A stretch of DNA of 64,000 nucleotides. Source: an uncultured delta proteobacterium. GTDB lineage: Bacteria; Myxococcota_A; Polyangia; Polyangiales; Houyiibacteriaceae. Numbering within the stretch: position 1 is the first letter of the stretch; every line of letters starts with the position of its first letter. The notes under the pieces were generated by a model. The model was not told the DNA's origin, did not search any database, and was given only the letters and a program-made list of their open reading frames with translations. The position numbers were made by a program, and so were the translations under genes. Of this stretch, positions 34,176-42,170 are shown one piece after another. The DNA lies in contig CAVOVB010000003.1 of NCBI GenBank assembly GCA_963699755.1, positions 192,001-256,000 on the forward strand, in the 5' to 3' direction.

Positions 34176-35213
34176 TCAGAGGCTCTCGTAGTACTGGCGA
34201 GCTTCGACCGCGGTTCGCCGAAGGCCCTCGGTCGTGTCGACTAGGGGCGCATAGCCCAGGTCCCGCTTGGCCTTGTCGATCGAGAAGTAGTGGTCGATGT
34301 CACAGAGCTTCACGTTCGCCGTCGTGAACAAGGGTTTCGCGACGCCCAAGACTTGATAGACCCGCTCCATCACAGTGCCCATCGCCCGCGCCACCGGGTC
34401 GGGCACGCGCAGTAAGCGGGGTTCGAGCCCCATGTTCTTCACCAGCTCGATGCTGAACTGACCCGCGTTGATGGGAGTCTCATCGCTCAAGAAATACGCC
34501 TCCCCGCAAACGGGCGAGCCCTCGAACAGGCGCTCGGCCGCGCGGAGCTCCGCGTCGACGAGATTGTCGATGTAGACGTAATCGAGCCGCGCCTCGCCGT
34601 TGCCAAACACCACGAGCGGTACGCCCATCTTGAGTGCGCGAACGAGGCGTCCATAGGTCATCCGTTCGCCGGGACCGTAGATCCCGCCCGGACGAAGCGC
34701 GCAGGTCAAGAGCCCGTCCTTGCCGTTCGCCTCGAGCACCGCGCGTTCTCCAGCGATCTTGGTGCTCGTGTAGAGGTCCCGAGACCTGCTGTACGGAGCC
34801 GACTCGTCGCCCCCTGCCGCGTCCATGCAGAACGAAGCGACGATCGAGCTCGTATGAACCAAACGCCGCACGCCGTTCTCTCGGGCCGCGCGAATCACGT
34901 TTTGCGTGCCACCGACGTTGATCGACTCGATGGTCCGGGCGACCGAACGTCTTGCGTGCGTCAGCGCTTCGATCACCGCCGCCGTGTGGAACACGGTGTC
35001 GACGTCTTTGCACGCCGCCAGCACGTCGGCGTGATTCCTGACGTCGCCTTGAAACCAGCGAACACCAACCTGGCGCTCCGGCGGGTCCGCCGTGTCGAGC
35101 ACGTTCACCGGGCAGCCCTTGGCACGAAGCGCGCTCACGAGATTTCGTCCGAGAAACCCGGCTCCCCCCGTGACGAGGCAACGCTTTGTGTCCAGTGGCG
35201 AGAGGTTCAGCAT
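34176..35213 (-). CDS. 3-beta-hydroxysteroid dehydrogenase-like extended SDR
   Basis: TGGAGFLG, VFHTAA, NVGGT, YTSTK, TCALRPGGIYGPGE, VYIDNL, GEAYF, AKRDLGY. Confidence 0.85.
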   Translation of the reverse strand: MLNLSPLDTKRCLVTGGAGFLGRNLVSALRAKGCPVNVLDTADPPERQVGVRWFQGDVRNHADVLAACKDVDTVFHTAAVIEALTHARRSVARTIESINVGGTQNVIRAARENGVRRLVHTSSIVASFCMDAAGGDESAPYSRSRDLYTSTKIAGERAVLEANGKDGLLTCALRPGGIYGPGERMTYGRLVRALKMGVPLVVFGNGEARLDYVYIDNLVDAELRAAERLFEGSPVCGEAYFLSDETPINAGQFSIELVKNMGLEPRLLRVPDPVARAMGTVMERVYQVLGVAKPLFTTANVKLCDIDHYFSIDKAKRDLGYAPLVDTTEGLRRTAVEARQYYESL

Positions 35214-35243
35214 GTCGCGCGACTAGTTAGCCCCGGTCGTAGC

Positions 35244-35259
35244 TGTGAACAAGCTCACA
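35244..35259. promoter_or_regulatory. CRP/FNR-type box TGTGA-ACAAGC-TCACA
   Basis: Perfect TGTGA-N6-TCACA in the divergent intergenic region, upstream of TTGACG (35318) and TAGACT (35343) and the lipoprotein gene at 35420. Confidence 0.7.
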
Positions 35260-35419
35260 AATACAGGCCGCTTGGAGCAATTTTCCAACAATTCTAAGCG
35301 GCTGCAGAATGATCCTATTGACGAGCAGGCCCTTGGTGAGGTTAGACTCAGTCCTCTGCGTGAGCCGAGAGTCCGGCGGTGTACTCCCCGTCCTGCCGGA
35401 GGTCGTACCAAGGAAACTG

Positions 35420-36535
35420 ATGATGAATCGGAGCTCGTTACAGGCGCTTGCCTGGTCCCTCATTCTTGGCCTCACCGCGTTTGGCTGCGGAAGCAGCGGC
35501 GGCGAGCCATTTGATCCCTGTGCCGCGTTCTTGCGAATCAACCTCGAACTGAGCGACGGCACCGTCATCAACGCCGTGGACTACGAAATCAGTCGCAATG
35601 GCATGCCGACCATGGCCGGCACCATCAATACGAGCGCGCCCGGGTCCACGGCTTCGGTAGAGACCTTCGGCATTCCGGAGGGTGAGGGCTATGTCGTGGA
35701 GATGGTCGCAACCTCGGTCGATGGCAAGCTCACCTGTGGCGGCCGCGCGACCTTTGATATTGCCTCTGGCATCAGGACCGAGGTTGACGTCATCCTCAAC
35801 TGCAAGGCCACCCAAGAGTTCGGTGGCGTTCGCGTCAACGGGAAGCTCAACATCTGCGCGGAGCTCGAGAAGGTCATCGTCGCGCCGCTTCAGACCGCTA
35901 CCGGATATTCTCTCGCGCTCCAGGCACAGGCCAGTGACGAAGAGGGCGACTCCTTTGAGTACAGCTGGTCCGCAACGGGCGGCTCGATCGATGACGCCGG
36001 CGCTGTGGAGACGGTCTTCACCTGCGCTGACGCCGATGAAGAACAGATCACGATCGAAGTCTCCGACGACGGATTCAAGTACTGCATCGACGACTGGATG
36101 ATCACAGTCAACTGCGTGCCTGACGACGGCACGGGCGGCACCGGTGGCAGCGCAGGCAGCGGCGGTTCAGGCGGCGACGGCGGCAGCGGCGGCACAGGCG
36201 GCACTGGCGGAAGCGGCGGCACAGGCGGCACTGGCGGAAGCGGTGGCTCGGGTGGCACTGGCGGCAGCGGCGGCACAGGCGGCACTGGCGGAAGCGGCGG
36301 CACAGGCGGCACCGGCGGAAGCGGTGGCTCGGGTGGCACCGGCGGAAGCGGTGGCTCGGGTGGCACCGGCGGAAGCGGTGGCTCGGGTGGCACTGGCGGA
36401 AGCGGTGGCTCGGGTGGCACCGGCGGAAGCGGTGGCTCGGGTGGCACCGGCGGAAGCGGTGGCGGCGGCGGCGCCGGTGGGTCCGGTGGCAGCGGAATCC
36501 CGGCCGAGTGCCTTGTCTCTCTCTCCGTTCGCTAG
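35420..36535 (+). CDS. Modular lipoprotein family member (type A N-terminal module plus Gly-rich tail, no C-terminal domain)
   Basis: Lipobox AFGC; aligns by eye to 52492..54318 (SAPGSTASVE-FG-P, VRVNG-xNICAEL, TxxTC); ends just after the GGS/GGT repeats. Confidence 0.8.
   Translation: MMNRSSLQALAWSLILGLTAFGCGSSGGEPFDPCAAFLRINLELSDGTVINAVDYEISRNGMPTMAGTINTSAPGSTASVETFGIPEGEGYVVEMVATSVDGKLTCGGRATFDIASGIRTEVDVILNCKATQEFGGVRVNGKLNICAELEKVIVAPLQTATGYSLALQAQASDEEGDSFEYSWSATGGSIDDAGAVETVFTCADADEEQITIEVSDDGFKYCIDDWMITVNCVPDDGTGGTGGSAGSGGSGGDGGSGGTGGTGGSGGTGGTGGSGGSGGTGGSGGTGGTGGSGGTGGTGGSGGSGGTGGSGGSGGTGGSGGSGGTGGSGGSGGTGGSGGSGGTGGSGGGGGAGGSGGSGIPAECLVSLSVR
36128..36495 (+). repeat. Gly-rich coding tandem repeat (9/27-bp units, e.g. 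GGCGGAAGCGGTGGCTCGGGTGGCACC)
   Basis: Repeated units visible directly; encodes (GGS/GGT)n. Confidence 0.9.
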
Positions 36536-36737
36536 GTCACAGGTAGCCACGGCGGTAGCCGGTCGGACATTTTTGACCGAATCGGGGCGCTGGGCCATTT
36601 CCGCGCAATGGCGCCAAGAGCGTGAATCTTCTGCCTTTTGGCCTCGTCCCCCTACGGTGGCATGGGCTCTGCATCGAGTCGGCCCAGTCGGAGGACACGA
36701 AATGGATTCTTACGGTCACCCTAGGCAAACTTCGCGG

Positions 36738-37316
36738 ATGAGTTGGCTCACTTTGCCTGGCCTATTGCTGGCGGTGTTCGTTTTGGCGACGAACCCTGTT
36801 CACGCAGCGGGCGAGCCCGATGTGCGAACGGCGCAGATCAGTGAAGCGGGGTCCAAGATTTCGTGGGGGCATGCGGTCGGGGTCATCGATCGGCCGATCG
36901 ACCAGGTCCTTCCGGTCGTCGTCGACTACGGCAACTATGCGCACTTCATGCCGAACTTCACGAAGTCCAAGGTGCTCGCCCAACGCGGAAATCGCGCCAT
37001 GGTCTACATGGAAGTCAGCGTGGCGGCTGGGACGTTCACGCTCTGGGGGCAGTTCAAGTTGTCCGAGACCTCTGTCGATGGCGACGCGCGTCTCATCGAG
37101 GCGCGCCTCCTCGAAGGCAACATGGACGCGTTCAGCGCCAGCTGGCGCCTGACCCCGATCGACGATGGCGCGCGCACGGAGGTCGACTTCAAGCTCTACG
37201 TCGATCCGGACATGCCCTTGCCGTCATCGGTGTTCAGCCGCGAGAACGAACGCGCTGCCGGCAACACGATTCGCGCGCTTCGCAGCAGGTTGGCCCGCGC
37301 CGCCGAGCCGTCCTGA
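36738..37316 (+). CDS. SRPBCC/START (polyketide cyclase-like) secreted protein
   Basis: Signal peptide; VVDYGNYAHFMP, GNMDAFSASWRL; start re-called at MSWLTL. Confidence 0.75.
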   Translation: MSWLTLPGLLLAVFVLATNPVHAAGEPDVRTAQISEAGSKISWGHAVGVIDRPIDQVLPVVVDYGNYAHFMPNFTKSKVLAQRGNRAMVYMEVSVAAGTFTLWGQFKLSETSVDGDARLIEARLLEGNMDAFSASWRLTPIDDGARTEVDFKLYVDPDMPLPSSVFSRENERAAGNTIRALRSRLARAAEPS

Positions 37317-37335
37317 GCGGGACCCCCAAAGGCCT

Positions 37336-37515
37336 CTACGGATGTCCGTAGAACCCGTAGTCGTAGCGGTCGATTGGCGCGCGGTAGAACACGTCGCCGT
37401 AGTAGTCCTGGGTGTAGCCGTAGCCCACGTAGCCGCCCGACACGTAGCAAGTCGACGCCCCGAGGCAGCAGACCAACGCCATCAAGAGCACGAATCGTCC
37501 GATGAACCGTTTCAT
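37336..37515 (-). CDS. Small secreted Tyr/Gly-rich peptide (59 aa)
   Basis: GGAGG RBS; start overlaps the VOC stop; signal peptide then CYVSGGYVGYGY...YGFYGHP. Confidence 0.6.
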   Translation of the reverse strand: MKRFIGRFVLLMALVCCLGASTCYVSGGYVGYGYTQDYYGDVFYRAPIDRYDYGFYGHP

Positions 37516-38384
37516 GGGCTGACCTCCGCTTGGGGCGACCACTTTTGAAGCGCGACCGGGGCGCCTGAAGGGTCCAGGACCAGAGCGAGGGTTCCGTCAC
37601 GAACGTCGGGCCGGGGTGCCAGGACGACACGGCCCCCGAGGCTAGGAACGCGCTCCGCCAGCGCGGCTGGGTCCTCTACGCGCACGTAGGGGATCCAGGC
37701 GGATCGGGTCTTCTCGAAGGGGTTGTGCAAGACCCCGGCGCGCGCGTCGCCCGAGCTCCAAAGGACGCGGTAGTCCGAGCCAGGCTTCTTCGCGAGCTCT
37801 TCGACGCGGTAGCCGAATGCGGTCTGGTAGAACTCGACGGCGCGCTCGGCGTGGTTCGCCAGGAGCTCGTGCCAGAGCCAGGTGTAGACCGCGGGCTCGG
37901 CGTCGGGCGGATCGCCCTTGCTCGATGCCAAGAGATGCAACACGGCACCGTCCGGATCCTCGACGGTGACCACCCGCCCGACCCCAGACACCTCGATCGG
38001 CGCTTCGAGTTGCTTCCCGCCAGCTTTGTCGATGGCTGCAAGGGACGCGTCGAGGTCCGGAACCGACATCGCGCTCAGCCAGTGGGCGCCCCTCGACGTC
38101 TTCCCCGTCTTGCTCGTGTCGAGGATGCCGCCGAGGTTCTGTCCCTGGTAGCGGATAACGCTGTACCCTCCATCGTCCTTGACTTCGAACTCCCAGCCGA
38201 AAAGCTCGCCGTAAAACCGGCGGGCTGCTTCGCCGTCGCCGGTGATGAGATTGTGCCAGACGAATTTCCCCGGAAGCTGGGGCGTGGCGGGTCCCTCCAC
38301 GAGAGGCGGAAGGCTAGTGCTACGGCTGCAGCCGGGGAGCGAGGCTGCGCAGAGTAAGGCTAGGGCGATCGTCAGTCGATGCAT
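37512..38384 (-). CDS. Two-domain VOC/glyoxalase family lipoprotein
   Basis: Lipobox LPGC; GKFVWHNL...FYGELFGW and WLWHEL...FYQTAFGY; DPDGA/DPSGA. Confidence 0.88.
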   Translation of the reverse strand: MHRLTIALALLCAASLPGCSRSTSLPPLVEGPATPQLPGKFVWHNLITGDGEAARRFYGELFGWEFEVKDDGGYSVIRYQGQNLGGILDTSKTGKTSRGAHWLSAMSVPDLDASLAAIDKAGGKQLEAPIEVSGVGRVVTVEDPDGAVLHLLASSKGDPPDAEPAVYTWLWHELLANHAERAVEFYQTAFGYRVEELAKKPGSDYRVLWSSGDARAGVLHNPFEKTRSAWIPYVRVEDPAALAERVPSLGGRVVLAPRPDVRDGTLALVLDPSGAPVALQKWSPQAEVSP

Positions 38385-38498
38385 GAGACTTCAATACTTC
38401 CCTTCGAAGCTGGGCGCAGCATACACCATCGGGAACGTTCATGCGCGTTCCCTCTCGCTCTTCTCGGCGTCACCGGCTCGAGCTGAGCCCAGCTTTGC

Positions 38499-39500
38499 TC
38501 ACTCCGCGGCGTCCACGAGTCGGGCCAGCATCGCATCGCGGCCATGCGGCTGGTTGAAGTCGACCCTCGGGCCCATCGGGACGATTCGAGTTGGGTTGAT
38601 GGTCTCGTGGCTGCCGTAGTAGTGCTGCTTGATGTGGTGCATATTCACGGTGCCTCGGACGCCCGGCACTTGGTAGAGCTCGCGCGTGTAGGCCCAGAGG
38701 TTCGGGTAGTCGACGATCCGGCGAAGGTTCGTCTTGAAGTGACCCACGTAGACTGCATCGAAGCGCACCAGCGTGGTGAAGAGCCGCCAATCGGCTTCGG
38801 TCATCTGCTCACCGACGAGGTAGCGCTGCCTCGCAAGACGCTCCTCGAGCCAGTCCAGCGTATCGAAGAGGGCAACGAGTGCTTTTTCGTAGGCCTCCTG
38901 GGTCGTCGCGAAGCCGCACTTGTACACGCCGTTGTTGAGCGTGTGATAGACGCGCTCGTTCACCGCGTCGATTTCGTCGCGAAGCTCTTCCGGATAGAAG
39001 TCGCCTGGTCTGGCCCCGAGGTGATCGAACGCAGAGTTGAACATCCGGATGATCTCCGAAGACTCATTGCTGACGATGGTCCCTGTCTTCTTGTCCCAAA
39101 GCATCGGCACCGTGACCCGCCCGCTGAAGCGATGGTCGGACGCGGTGTAGAGCTCGTGAAGAAACTCTGCATGCAAAACCGGGTCGGGAATCACTCCGTC
39201 CCCTTCGCGGAAGGTCCAACCCTGCGCGCCCATGAAGTGATTCACCACGGAGACGCCGACCATGTCCTCGAGTCCCTTGAGCCGCCTGAAGATCAGGGTC
39301 CGGTGGGCCCAGGGGCAGGCATAGGACACGTACAGATGATACCGATCAGCCTCTGCTTTGAATGCTCTGCCGCTCGGCGCGGTCTCGCCGTCCATCGTGA
39401 TCCAGTTCCTGAATTTCGCGTCGGCCCGCACGAACTTTCCGCCCGTGCTCTTCGTGTCGTACCAAACGTCTCGCCAAACGCCTTCAACTAGCTTTCCCAT
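38499..39500 (-). CDS. yqjG: Glutathionyl-hydroquinone reductase (GST omega/Xi class, YqjG-like)
   Basis: RYHLYVSYACPWAHR, GRVTVPMLWD, NESSEII, NNGVYKCGFA, HIKQHYYGSH, INPTRIVP. Confidence 0.92.
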   Translation of the reverse strand: MGKLVEGVWRDVWYDTKSTGGKFVRADAKFRNWITMDGETAPSGRAFKAEADRYHLYVSYACPWAHRTLIFRRLKGLEDMVGVSVVNHFMGAQGWTFREGDGVIPDPVLHAEFLHELYTASDHRFSGRVTVPMLWDKKTGTIVSNESSEIIRMFNSAFDHLGARPGDFYPEELRDEIDAVNERVYHTLNNGVYKCGFATTQEAYEKALVALFDTLDWLEERLARQRYLVGEQMTEADWRLFTTLVRFDAVYVGHFKTNLRRIVDYPNLWAYTRELYQVPGVRGTVNMHHIKQHYYGSHETINPTRIVPMGPRVDFNQPHGRDAMLARLVDAAE

Positions 39501-39522
39501 CTCGTGTCCTCTTTCCTCGGCG

Positions 39523-40533
39523 CTAACGCAGGCGGCCCATCCTGCCACTTTGATAGTCCGCGAAGGCCTGGCCGATCTCTTCTCGCGTGTTCATGACGAA
39601 GGGCCCATAGGCCACGACCGGCTCGTCGAGCGGCTGTCCCGCGAGCACCAGCACGCGCGCACCCGTGTTCGCGTGGAGCTGCACCGCCCCGTCGTCGTCG
39701 CGATCGAAGACCCCAAAGTGCCGCGACCCGATCAGCTCTCGATCAGGGCCGGCCGTCACGTCTCCTTCGAGCGGGAACACCAGCGTCGTCCAGCCCACAG
39801 GGAGCTCCACCTCCGAAGTGCCGTCCTCGTGGAAGCGAAGATCAAAGGTCGTGATCGGCGTGTGCGTCTGAGCAGGGCCCGTCTTGCCCGCAAGACTACC
39901 GGCAACCAGACGCCCCTCGGCCGCTCCGAGTTGCAAGCGCGGGAACTCCCGATCGAGGAGCGGCTGGTATCGTGGCTCGCTCATCTTCTTGCTCGCGGGG
40001 AGGTTCACCCAGAGCTGCACCATCTCGAAGTCACCACCCCGTTCGGAAAACGACTGAGAATGCTTCTCTTCGTGAACCACCCCCGAGGCGGCGGTCATCC
40101 ACTGAACGTCACCAGGTCCGATCCGCCCACCGCCTCCCGCGGAGTCGCGGTGCTCGACCTCCCCCTCGTAGGCGAAGGTCACCGTCTCGAAGCCTCGGTG
40201 CGGGTGCTCGCCTACGCCCCGCCGATAGGGGGAAGCATCGAAGCGCCTGCGCGCCGCATGATCGAGCAAGAGGAACGGGCTCAGCATCTGCGCGTCGAGC
40301 TGAGGCCAGAACACCGTCTTCACGTAGAAGCCGTCCCCAACCCAGTGCTCAGGCCCAGGCGGAAAGACCCCTTGAACTGCCCTTGCGGACGTCTTTGCGT
40401 TGGCAGCTGCTTTCATGTTCGCCTCCCTCTTGCGACGTCCAAGGAGCCCCGGCGCGAACGCCCAGCCCATCGTCGCGGCTCCTAGGGCAGCGACCGCCGC
40501 CAGCACGCCTCGTCGCGACGTCCCTCGGTCCAT
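39523..40533 (-). CDS. Pirin family protein
   Basis: VGDGF, PFLLLDH, HPHRGFETVT, QWMTAASGVVHEE, QLWVNLP, YGPFVMNT; alternative start at MKAAAN (~40416). Confidence 0.92.
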   Translation of the reverse strand: MDRGTSRRGVLAAVAALGAATMGWAFAPGLLGRRKREANMKAAANAKTSARAVQGVFPPGPEHWVGDGFYVKTVFWPQLDAQMLSPFLLLDHAARRRFDASPYRRGVGEHPHRGFETVTFAYEGEVEHRDSAGGGGRIGPGDVQWMTAASGVVHEEKHSQSFSERGGDFEMVQLWVNLPASKKMSEPRYQPLLDREFPRLQLGAAEGRLVAGSLAGKTGPAQTHTPITTFDLRFHEDGTSEVELPVGWTTLVFPLEGDVTAGPDRELIGSRHFGVFDRDDDGAVQLHANTGARVLVLAGQPLDEPVVAYGPFVMNTREEIGQAFADYQSGRMGRLR

Positions 40534-40590
40534 GCCGTGTCTCTAGAAACGACGGAGAGACCCTGGTAGGCCGCGTTCGATTGACATAAT

Positions 40591-40606
40591 GTTGCAAAAA
40601 CGCAAC
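40591..40606. promoter_or_regulatory. Putative LysR binding site GTTGC-N6-GCAAC (contains T-N11-A)
   Basis: Inverted repeat between the divergent pirin and LysR genes, next to TTGACA (40581-40586). Confidence 0.6.
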
Positions 40607-40618
40607 GATATCTGCTCC

Positions 40619-41515
40619 ATGGCGATAGATAAGGACAATATTGCAACTTTTGTGGAGGTAATTCGGCGCAATAGCCTGGCCGGAGCGGCGAGGCACCTTG
40701 GTGTGCCCAAGTCGACGGTGAGCCGCCGTCTGGCCCGCTTGGAGGAGCAGCTCGACACGAAGCTCGTCCATCGAGACGCGCGCCGACTGACCCCAACTCG
40801 GGAAGGGAGCCGCTTCTATGACTCGGTGGTCGACGCCATCGATGCCCTAGATACGGCGGTCGCGAGCATCGAAGAGAGCACGACCCAACCGCGCGGCACC
40901 ATCAGGATCACCGCGCCGAGCGATCTCGGCCGCATGATCTTACTTCGCGAGCTCGGGAGCTTCCTCGAGCGCTATCCCGAGATCTCCCTCGACCTGGTGC
41001 TCACCAATCGCTTCGTCGACCTGGTCCAGGAGCGTGTCGACCTCGCCGTACGCGCAGGGCAGGTGCGCGAGCCGAACCTCATCGCGCGAAAGCTCCTGCC
41101 TTCGGACTTCCAACTCGCCGCGCCTGTGGATCATGACATCGAGTGCACCGACGTGAGTGGCCTGGAGGCGCATCCGTTCGTCTTGTACCGAAGGCGAGGG
41201 CGCACACAGGTCCTTCGCCTCGAGCGCGGGCACGGCGAGGAACACGAGGCGGTGGAGCTCACCGTCACCGGCCGCGTCAACGTCGATGACTATGGTGCGA
41301 TGGTCGAGCTCGTGGCAGCTGGGCAGGGCATTGGGCTTATGCCTGCGCTCCACGTCGCCGAGGGCGAGCAAGCGGGGCGGCTCGTCCGAATCTTCCCGCA
41401 ATGGTCCTTGCCCGCGTCGCCCATCCATCTGCTGTACTCGACCAGGCAGCTCCCCGAACGCGTTCGATTGCTCGCCGATTTCCTCTGCGACCGGCTCCGC
41501 ACGCCCGCGTCCTGA
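40619..41515 (+). CDS. LysR family transcriptional regulator (CrgA-like)
   Basis: SLAGAARHLGVPKSTVSRRLARLEEQL HTH, PRGTIRITAP, DLVQERVDLAVR. Confidence 0.93.
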   Translation: MAIDKDNIATFVEVIRRNSLAGAARHLGVPKSTVSRRLARLEEQLDTKLVHRDARRLTPTREGSRFYDSVVDAIDALDTAVASIEESTTQPRGTIRITAPSDLGRMILLRELGSFLERYPEISLDLVLTNRFVDLVQERVDLAVRAGQVREPNLIARKLLPSDFQLAAPVDHDIECTDVSGLEAHPFVLYRRRGRTQVLRLERGHGEEHEAVELTVTGRVNVDDYGAMVELVAAGQGIGLMPALHVAEGEQAGRLVRIFPQWSLPASPIHLLYSTRQLPERVRLLADFLCDRLRTPAS

Positions 41516-41581
41516 TCAGAGTCCCGGGTTGACGTCGCGCGCCGAGTTGAAGAGACGATCCGGACACGGTACCTTCGGCAC

Positions 41582-42118
41582 ATGAACCGGCTAGTCCTCT
41601 CCTCGAGCTTGGCTTTTGCGATGGCGATGGTGAGCCGCGCCGAAGCGCAGGAGGGCGTCCAGCAGGGCTCGCAATCTGAGCCCGCGCAATCCCCGCAGAT
41701 CATCACGACTTTGCCCGGCGAGTCGATGGCCTCCGAAGGTTACCCGCCGTCGGGCTTGGGGTACCGCCAAGATGAGCTCGAGGAAGCCAACCGAGGCATC
41801 CGCAACACGCGCAACGCCCTCATCGCAACCAGCGCGGTCGGCCTGGTGGGCATGATCGTCGGCGCCACGGCGTTCAGGCACTGCGAGTGGATCTACTACA
41901 ACGTCAACCGGCCAGACGAGCTGATTTGCACGCAGCGCGGTGATGCCCTCCTCGCTGCCGGAGGGTCGATCTTCGGGCTCGCCGCGGTCGGCATGATCAC
42001 CTCGGGCATCATGCTCGGTGTACGGAAGGGCAAGCGGCGGCGGCTGAACCGCGAGATCCGAAGCCGACAGGGTGCTCATCTCCAATGGAACGTGGAAACC
42101 GCACGCCTAGAGTTCTGA
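41582..42118 (+). CDS. Hypothetical secreted/membrane protein
   Basis: Signal peptide, two TM segments flanking a Cys pair. Confidence 0.6.
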   Translation: MNRLVLSSSLAFAMAMVSRAEAQEGVQQGSQSEPAQSPQIITTLPGESMASEGYPPSGLGYRQDELEEANRGIRNTRNALIATSAVGLVGMIVGATAFRHCEWIYYNVNRPDELICTQRGDALLAAGGSIFGLAAVGMITSGIMLGVRKGKRRRLNREIRSRQGAHLQWNVETARLEF

Positions 42119-42170
42119 CCCCCGTCCAGGGCACTGGCGCTGGCTCTTACGCGGCTGTAGACCCAAGCTC

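Noticed and set aside
36128..36495. CRISPR array
   Set aside because: Contiguous in-frame Gly-coding repeats with no unique spacers and no cas genes.
36144..37316. 390-aa Ala-rich ORF from the track
   Set aside because: Off-frame reading of the Gly repeat joined to the real START gene, which begins at ~36738.
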